This document shows, piece by piece, positions 26,364-32,000 of a stretch of DNA of 32,000 bases; positions within the stretch are counted from its first letter, which is position 1, and every line of letters starts with the position of its first letter. A model generated the notes under the pieces. The model was not told the origin of the DNA. It searched no databases and saw only the letters and a list, made by a program, of their open reading frames with translations. Origin of the DNA: Ferroglobus placidus DSM 10642 (GTDB lineage: Archaea; Halobacteriota; Archaeoglobi; Archaeoglobales; Archaeoglobaceae). The translations under genes were made by a program, and so were the position numbers. The stretch is from contig NC_013849.1 of assembly GCF_000025505.1 (NCBI RefSeq), positions 1,770,001 through 1,802,000 of the forward strand. Reading direction: 5' to 3'.

Positions 26364-26517
26364 GTTATGCTAAATTCATCCGAAAAGATTTTTATTTTTT
26401 ATGCGGCTGTGCATCGCAGAATTTATCCTTTCTCACTTTTGTTATCAATTTAATTTTACTTCAGATGTAGTGGTACTAAACGAAAAGTTTTTAATACAGA
26501 TGAGCTGTGGATTGACC

Positions 26518-27393
26518 ATGCACATCCCGGATGGGTTCCTTGATTTGAACATCGCAGCTCTATTCTACTTGCTCAGCGCCGCTGTGCTGATTTACTCTTT
26601 CAGAAAAGCAAAAATAAATCCTGCCACGCTTGGAGTTGTTGCAGCAGCAATTTTCGCTGCCCAGATGCTTAACTGGCCGATTCCCGGAGGCACTTCGGCA
26701 CACTTCGTCGGCGGAGCCTTAGCTGGGATTTTACTCGGACCTTACGCCGGTTGCGTAGCGATGAGTCTTGTTTTGATAATACAGACGCTCGTTTTCGGAG
26801 ACGGAGGAATTACAGCTTTAGGAGCGAATCTGTGGAACATGGCAATCGTAAACGTTTTTGTCGGATACTACGTTTATTCGATCTTTAAAAAGTACAGCGA
26901 ACATATAGCGAGCTTCTTAGCTGGATGGATTGGAATAACTTTGGCAGCAGTAATGGCTGGAGTCGAGATTGGCTTGTCTTCAGCTTTCAAGTACGGAGTA
27001 GTCGAGGCAGCTTCAGTAATGTTCGTCTGGCACGGAGTTCTCGGAATAATCGAGGGAATCATCACTGCTGCTGTGGTAAGTTACATATCAACAAGAGCCG
27101 AAGTCAAAGCTCCCACTCCCAGCAAAACAGCTTTGATAGTAGTGGCTGCGATGATAGTCCTGGCACCTCTATTTGCGTATCTCGCTGAGTTGGTTAACTA
27201 TACAGAACCACTGGAAGTAGCTGCAGAAAACCTTGGATTAAGCGAGAACAGCATATGGAGCGGTATATTTCCGGACTACACTGTTCCGGGACTCAACGAG
27301 TACATAGGTGCTTTCATTACCGGAGCGATAGGCGTTGTTTTAATTCTTGCGATAGATGTTGCGTTTGCACGAGCTAATAGAGAGGAGCATTAG
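26518..27393 (+). CDS. cbiM: Cobalt ECF transporter substrate-capture protein CbiM with C-terminal CbiN-like extension
   Basis: Starts MHIPDGFLDLNIA; contains NWPIPGGTSAHFVGGALAGILLGPYAG and HGVLGIIEG; C-terminal segment VPGLNEYIGAFITGAIGVVLIL. Confidence 0.92.
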   Translation: MHIPDGFLDLNIAALFYLLSAAVLIYSFRKAKINPATLGVVAAAIFAAQMLNWPIPGGTSAHFVGGALAGILLGPYAGCVAMSLVLIIQTLVFGDGGITALGANLWNMAIVNVFVGYYVYSIFKKYSEHIASFLAGWIGITLAAVMAGVEIGLSSAFKYGVVEAASVMFVWHGVLGIIEGIITAAVVSYISTRAEVKAPTPSKTALIVVAAMIVLAPLFAYLAELVNYTEPLEVAAENLGLSENSIWSGIFPDYTVPGLNEYIGAFITGAIGVVLILAIDVAFARANREEH

Positions 27394-28078
27394 AGCTTTT
27401 TCCGAATACTTTCAAAATTTTTTCGTTTATGAAGAAAACCTGCTGTCGAAGGTAGATCCGAGGGTGAAAGTTATAGGGTTTACAATTTTAGCTGTTCTTT
27501 CCGTTTCAACCTTCGAAATCGAGAAAATTCTCTTTACAATTGTTTCAATATACCTCCTCGCTTTTCTGAGTGGAATCAGCACGATTAAGCTTCTGAAACG
27601 CTCTTACCTCTTTCCACTGTTTTCCTTTTTCGTAGTTTTACCAACTCTGTTTTTCGGCGAGCCTTTTTCTTACGTCTTAATTTTTTCTCTGAGGGTTTTC
27701 GCTGCTATATCTTCTCTGCAGCTTCTCATAATCTCCACCCCTTTCAACGAAGTTATCTCCGCTTTAAGATCTCTGAAAGTTCCGGAGAAGCTTTTGAACT
27801 CTTTGTGGATAGCTTACGTTTACTCCTACATTCTCGTTAGAGACTTGCTCGCAATTTTAATAGCGAGGGAAAGCAGGAGAGTCAAGAGAAGCGGACATTT
27901 AGAGACTATGAAGAGAGGAGGAGAGGCTCTCGGTTTGTTCATGCTTAGGAGTATGGAGAAGGGAGAGAAAGTCGCACTGGCTATGAAGCTGAGAGGAGAG
28001 CCGGTGGGAAGCGTTGGAGGGAGTAAGCTATTAATCCCCTACTTTTTACTCGTGGTGGTATGGTGGACGATATTGTAA
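27356..28078 (+). CDS. cbiQ: Energy-coupling factor transporter transmembrane protein
   Basis: DPRVKVIGFTILAVLSVSTF...; LRSLKVPEKLLNSLWIAYVYSYILVRD; AMKLRG motif. Confidence 0.88.
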   Translation: MLRLHELIERSIRAFSEYFQNFFVYEENLLSKVDPRVKVIGFTILAVLSVSTFEIEKILFTIVSIYLLAFLSGISTIKLLKRSYLFPLFSFFVVLPTLFFGEPFSYVLIFSLRVFAAISSLQLLIISTPFNEVISALRSLKVPEKLLNSLWIAYVYSYILVRDLLAILIARESRRVKRSGHLETMKRGGEALGLFMLRSMEKGEKVALAMKLRGEPVGSVGGSKLLIPYFLLVVVWWTIL

Positions 28079-28761
28079 TAGAGGCTGAGAACATAAGCTA
28101 CACTTATCCAGACGGCACCCTCGGTTTCGACGAGTTGAGCGTGAGGATAAGGAAAGGAGAGAGAGTCGCAATAGTAGGGGCGAACGGAAGCGGAAAAAGC
28201 ACCCTTCTTCTCGTTCTCTCCGGGCTATTGAAGCCAACGACTGGAAAAGTTAGAATTTTCGGCATCGATCCGGAGGAAAATGTCGAAGAAGTAAGGAGAA
28301 ACGTTGGTTTTCTTTTTCAAGACCCAGACATATTCCTCTTTAACTCCACCGTATTTGATGAGCTGAGATACGTCCCTTCCCAGCTCGGGTGGAGTGAGGA
28401 AAAGATTAGGAGAGAGGTCAGCAAAATAGCGGAGGAGTTCAAAATTTCGGGAATACTGAAAAAACCCCCTTTCAGGCTGAGTGGTGGAGAGAAAAAGAGA
28501 GTCGCTTTAGCGAGCATTCTGATATACTCTCCAAAGATTCTTTTTCTCGACGAGCCCTTTGCTAACGTCGATGCGAAGACGAAGAGAAAGATTTTCGAAA
28601 TCTTAAAGAATTACGACGGCACGGTGGTTTTCACGAGTCATGAGCTTGAGCTGGTTGAAACTCTTGCCGACAGAATTATTGTAATGAGTTTGGAAAAGAA
28701 AGTCATCGCTGAAACGAACGAGTTAAACGAAGAGATTTTAAGAAGAGCCGATCTGCTCTGA
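28060..28761 (+). CDS. cbiO: Energy-coupling factor transporter ATPase
   Basis: ISYTYPDGTLGFDELSVRIRKGERVAIVGANGSGKSTLL...LSGGEKKRVALASILIYSPKILFLDEPFANVD. Confidence 0.93.
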   Translation: MVDDIVIEAENISYTYPDGTLGFDELSVRIRKGERVAIVGANGSGKSTLLLVLSGLLKPTTGKVRIFGIDPEENVEEVRRNVGFLFQDPDIFLFNSTVFDELRYVPSQLGWSEEKIRREVSKIAEEFKISGILKKPPFRLSGGEKKRVALASILIYSPKILFLDEPFANVDAKTKRKIFEILKNYDGTVVFTSHELELVETLADRIIVMSLEKKVIAETNELNEEILRRADLL

Positions 28762-30012
28762 TTTCATATATTCTCTTAAGAAGACGGTTGCGTAGCAACC
28801 TTTCGGCAGGAAAAACTCGAAAACTCCGTCAGAATAGAAAAACTTTTCAAAATCGAAAGGGATGTCTGCGACTCTCAAACTGCCTTTCGAAGAAAACTCG
28901 GGATACTCGGATTTGAAGCTCTCAAGGTCTATCTCTTCTTCTTCGAGAATCTCCTTCAACTTTTCCCCACTCCAGCCAATTAGCTTCGTTTCGTAGCCGG
29001 GAAGGGGTAAAGCGAGAACGGCGTAGCCTCGCTCCTTCAGGAAAGAAACCCTCGGAGAGTTGAATTCCGTGAGAATTGAGAAGTCCTCGGAGTAAACTTT
29101 GTAGCCCTTTCTGAAGTTCACGAAGTCGACGAAGTCGTCTCTTTCGATCTCTTTCAGGTTTCCGTACTCCCTTATCCTTTCCGAGAGAAGCCTGTTGAAG
29201 AGGTAGGACTGGTAGGCGTGGATGAACATAAGCTTCAGATTTTTCGGCAGGCTGAGAAGAGCTTCGAGCTCGCTTTTTCCCTCTCTCAGCTTCTGGAGAA
29301 GCAATCTTTCGTACCTCAAGTACTTCGGCAATTCTCTTAGCCCAAATTTTGCATCTCTCTCGTTCCACAAAATTTCTCTTATCCTCCTAACCTCTTCCCT
29401 CTCCCCTTCGAAGGGCTTTGCCACGTAAACCCAGAAAGCGTCTTCGTATTTCCTCTGAATTATCAGCTTACCTACCTCGTGGGTTATCAATCTAAGAGAG
29501 CCGAACCTCTGAATGCCGAAAAAGTTCGGAATTCCCTTCTCTTTAAGCTCTTCGGTAATCTTCTCAACTCTCTCCCCGTTTTCAGCGTCGCTCACTCTCA
29601 CTCTGAAAAAGTTTCCTATTAAATCGCCGAGCTCTAAATTCTTGCTCGTGAAGCAAACGACTTCGATTTCAGCATCCTTTAGCTTCACGCTTTTGAGCTT
29701 TTCAGCAATTCTTTCGTCTGCGTTGTATATCATGAAGTACTGAACGCTCACGGCATTCTTATCCTTCGTTCCGGAATAACCGACTCTTTTCTGACTTATT
29801 CCGAGAACGTTCGAAAGAACTCTCGCAAAATTCAGAGTTTCCCAGTTCTTTTTCCTAACCTTTATCAGAAGATTTTTCCCTTCCTTCTCTTCGAATTTTT
29901 CCAGATCTATTATCTCCTCGACGTAAAAGTCTTCAGCGGACTCTTTTATTCTTCCCCCTATTCCCGGAGTTTTTGTAATGTATTCTTCTATTCCAACTCT
30001 CTCTTCTATCAT
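28738..30012 (-). CDS. truD: tRNA pseudouridine(13) synthase TruD
   Basis: GGRIKESAEDFYVEEI, KKNWETLNFARVLSNVLGISQKRVGYSGTKDKNAVSVQYFMI, FFGIQRFGS. Confidence 0.93.
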   Translation of the reverse strand: MIEERVGIEEYITKTPGIGGRIKESAEDFYVEEIIDLEKFEEKEGKNLLIKVRKKNWETLNFARVLSNVLGISQKRVGYSGTKDKNAVSVQYFMIYNADERIAEKLKSVKLKDAEIEVVCFTSKNLELGDLIGNFFRVRVSDAENGERVEKITEELKEKGIPNFFGIQRFGSLRLITHEVGKLIIQRKYEDAFWVYVAKPFEGEREEVRRIREILWNERDAKFGLRELPKYLRYERLLLQKLREGKSELEALLSLPKNLKLMFIHAYQSYLFNRLLSERIREYGNLKEIERDDFVDFVNFRKGYKVYSEDFSILTEFNSPRVSFLKERGYAVLALPLPGYETKLIGWSGEKLKEILEEEEIDLESFKSEYPEFSSKGSLRVADIPFDFEKFFYSDGVFEFFLPKGCYATVFLREYMKSEQIGSS

Positions 30013-31529
30013 GAGAAGAATTCCTCTAAGGACATGTCTTTTCCTTTCTTTTCTTTCTTTCTTCTCTTTCTCTTTGTCTCTTTTTTCTCTTCTTCCTTCT
30101 TCTCCTCTTTAACCTCCGCTATTTCTACTTCCCTTTTCTCCTCCTCTTCTACTTCTTCTATTTCTACCTCTTCCTTTTCCTCTTCTTTTAGTTCAACTTC
30201 CTTTATTTCTGCAGCATAGCCCTCAAGAAACGTCTCGTCCTCAATTCTGTGGTAGTTGTGCTTCTTCATGTAGTTGTAAATCTCCTCTCCTCTCTCATCG
30301 CCAACCAAGAACTTAAGCTCTTCCTCGTTTAAGTCGTAGAATGCGGCAATTTTTGCTGCCGTATCTGTGTCCAAGGTTGAGAGGAGAAACCTAACGTAAT
30401 CGTAGAGCTCCGTATTCGCTTTTCTCCTCGACATGTGGGAATACTTGGCGAGTTTTTTCAGGATGTTTCTCCTCAACTCCCTCTTCTTCTGGAACGTCAC
30501 GAGCTTCTGCCAGAACGTCGGGCGGGTGTACTTTGTGAAACCTTTCTTCACCTTGCTCTTCGACTGCTGAACTCCTACTGTCATTAAATAGCTGGCGTAC
30601 TTCCAAAGTCTGTAGAACTGCCTTCTTTTCACTCTTCCAAGGAACATGTCCGCCCTCGAAAGAACGAGTTGAGCTTTGTAGAGGTCTTCTCCTTCGTATT
30701 CGAGTGGCACGTTTGCGTCGATCCAGTAAATTAGGTCTTCGGGAGACTCGTCAAGAAGCATCGCTTCCGAATAAACCGTTGAGTAGTAAGTTTTGAATAT
30801 CTTCTGCATCACCTTGAAAACGTCAGTTTCCTGAGTTCTCTTAGCCACAATAACGTCTTCGGCTTTCACAACTTTTCTTCCTTCTGCAACAGCTTGCAAA
30901 TCGTTTATCGCCGCTCTCAAATCTCCTCCTGCATTGTCCGCTATTGCGTAAAGAGCTTTCTTATCTATTTCGATTCCCTCAAGCTTCGCTATTCTCTCCA
31001 AAACCTTCACGACCTGATCTCTTGTCAGTCTTCTGAAGTTTACCATCGTCACGAGGTTCCTCAACTCTGGCGAAAGGTTGTAGGGTTCGTTCGCTATAAG
31101 TATCATTGGCTGAGGTGGATTTCTCTTCAGAATTTTTATCAGTGCACTCTCTCCTCCAAAATCCTCCTTTTTGCTTATGTTGTCGACTTCGTCGAGAACT
31201 ATGAGCTTGAGCTTTCCCTCCCTCGAGGATAGAAAATCTCCCTCATCGCTCAGCGTTTCGTTAAAAGCGCCTTCTCCGACAATTCTGTAAATAACGCTCC
31301 AGTTTCTCTGATCAGAAGCGTTTAGCTCTACAACCTCCCAGCCGTAAGTGTTGGCTAAAGCTAAAGCGAGAGACGTTTTTCCAACTCCCGGAGGACCGGC
31401 GAAAAGAAGAGGTTTTTGCTTAACGCCTCTCTTCCAGTTTTCAGCCCAAGTTACGACAGTTTTGATTATATCTGAAGGAGCGACAACGTCTTTGATCGTT
31501 TTCGGGCGGTACTTTTCAACCCACAGCAT
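30009..31529 (-). CDS. rfcL: Replication factor C large subunit
   Basis: LWVEKYRPKTIKDVVAPSDIIKTV...LFAGPPGVGKTSLALALANTYGWEVVELNASDQRN; charged Glu/Lys-rich C-terminus. Confidence 0.95.
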   Translation of the reverse strand: MLWVEKYRPKTIKDVVAPSDIIKTVVTWAENWKRGVKQKPLLFAGPPGVGKTSLALALANTYGWEVVELNASDQRNWSVIYRIVGEGAFNETLSDEGDFLSSREGKLKLIVLDEVDNISKKEDFGGESALIKILKRNPPQPMILIANEPYNLSPELRNLVTMVNFRRLTRDQVVKVLERIAKLEGIEIDKKALYAIADNAGGDLRAAINDLQAVAEGRKVVKAEDVIVAKRTQETDVFKVMQKIFKTYYSTVYSEAMLLDESPEDLIYWIDANVPLEYEGEDLYKAQLVLSRADMFLGRVKRRQFYRLWKYASYLMTVGVQQSKSKVKKGFTKYTRPTFWQKLVTFQKKRELRRNILKKLAKYSHMSRRKANTELYDYVRFLLSTLDTDTAAKIAAFYDLNEEELKFLVGDERGEEIYNYMKKHNYHRIEDETFLEGYAAEIKEVELKEEEKEEVEIEEVEEEEKREVEIAEVKEEKKEEEKKETKRKRRKKEKKGKDMSLEEFFS

Positions 31530-31558
31530 CGCTCTACTTTACTCCTCAAGACAATATA

Positions 31559-31879
31559 TTATTTTTCCAACCAGAAGGTGTCGTTCTCTTTGTAGTTATA
31601 TTTGAAAACCAAGACTTTCATGTTTCCTTCTGCTGAGTGAATCGCTCCCGGCTTGCAGAGCAGAACGCTTCCACAAGAAACTTCGTATTCCTCCCCATCG
31701 ATTTTCATTTTCCCCTCTCCTTCGACTATGACGAAAACTTCCGTCTGAACTTTGTGGTAGTGATCGCCGACCTTTCCTTTTATTTCCACCAGCTGGATAA
31801 AGCAGTCTTTGCTGAATTCGTAAAGTTTGGACACTCTGTAATTGCCCCGCTCTATCCATTCCTTAGCTTCAAGTTTCAT
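31559..31879 (-). CDS. Small cupin-domain protein
   Basis: GKVGDHYHKVQTEVFVIVEGEGKMKIDGEEYEVSCGSVLLCKPGAIHSAEG is a cupin motif. ATG at 31879 avoids overlap with the upstream gene. Confidence 0.85.
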   Translation of the reverse strand: MKLEAKEWIERGNYRVSKLYEFSKDCFIQLVEIKGKVGDHYHKVQTEVFVIVEGEGKMKIDGEEYEVSCGSVLLCKPGAIHSAEGNMKVLVFKYNYKENDTFWLEK

Positions 31880-31883
31880 AAAA

Positions 31884-32000
31884 TTAAATGAAGCTTGCGG
31901 ATATAATTCCTTTTTTGCTAACTGCAACGCCGACAGCGTTTCTCCCCATTACCGGAATCTGCTTAGTCTCAACGACGATCACATTTCCGTCTTTGCTGAT
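31884..32000 (-). CDS. C-terminal end of an unidentified protein (continues beyond window)
   Basis: Manual translation: ...ISKDGNVIVVETKQIPVMGRNAVGVAVSKKGIISASFI*, open to the window edge. Confidence 0.5.
   Translation of the reverse strand: MSKDGNVIVVETKQIPVMGRNAVGVAVSKKGIISASFI

Noticed and set aside
28922-29368. 148-aa minus-strand ORF inside truD
   Set aside because: It is an out-of-frame reading of the strongly supported truD gene with low-complexity Arg-rich sequence.
1-32000. CRISPR array or cas genes
   Set aside because: No regularly spaced direct repeats and no Cas-like proteins were recognised on either strand.

Overview
This window comes from an archaeal genome. Protein content (archaeal PEP carboxylase, DUF5612/ACT, RFC-L, CbiMNQO) suggests an Archaeoglobaceae-like organism, which is an inference. 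The flanks are ordinary: a partial MFS transporter, corA / ATP-cone nuclease / DUF389 genes, ppcA, a geranylgeranyl-reductase-like flavoprotein, tRNA-Arg(GCG), truD, rfcL and a cupin. Between them are two regions of interest. (1) At about 7.5-17.5 kb, a multiheme cytochrome / Fe-S / NrfD operon carries an apparent frameshift. It ends at a degraded, internally deleted transposase, followed by a defence-like accessory island with vapBC, a broken DUF1156 DNA methylase, an M48 peptidase, a DprA-like/phosphoribosyltransferase pair resembling ShosTA, a transglutaminase-like membrane protein, and an MNT nucleotidyltransferase with a truncated HEPN partner. (2) At 17.7-28.8 kb is a corrinoid/cobalt acquisition locus: btuF, btuC, btuD, cbiZ, cbiM(N)QO and a BlaI-like-HTH/PAS regulator. 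It includes two unusual secreted proteins with DUF4430 (transcobalamin C-terminal-like) domains. One combines DUF4430 with an alpha/alpha-toroid repeat domain and a PGF-CTERM-like anchor, suggesting an archaeal analogue of intrinsic factor/transcobalamin. All family calls come from reading motifs and recalling families; no searches were run.
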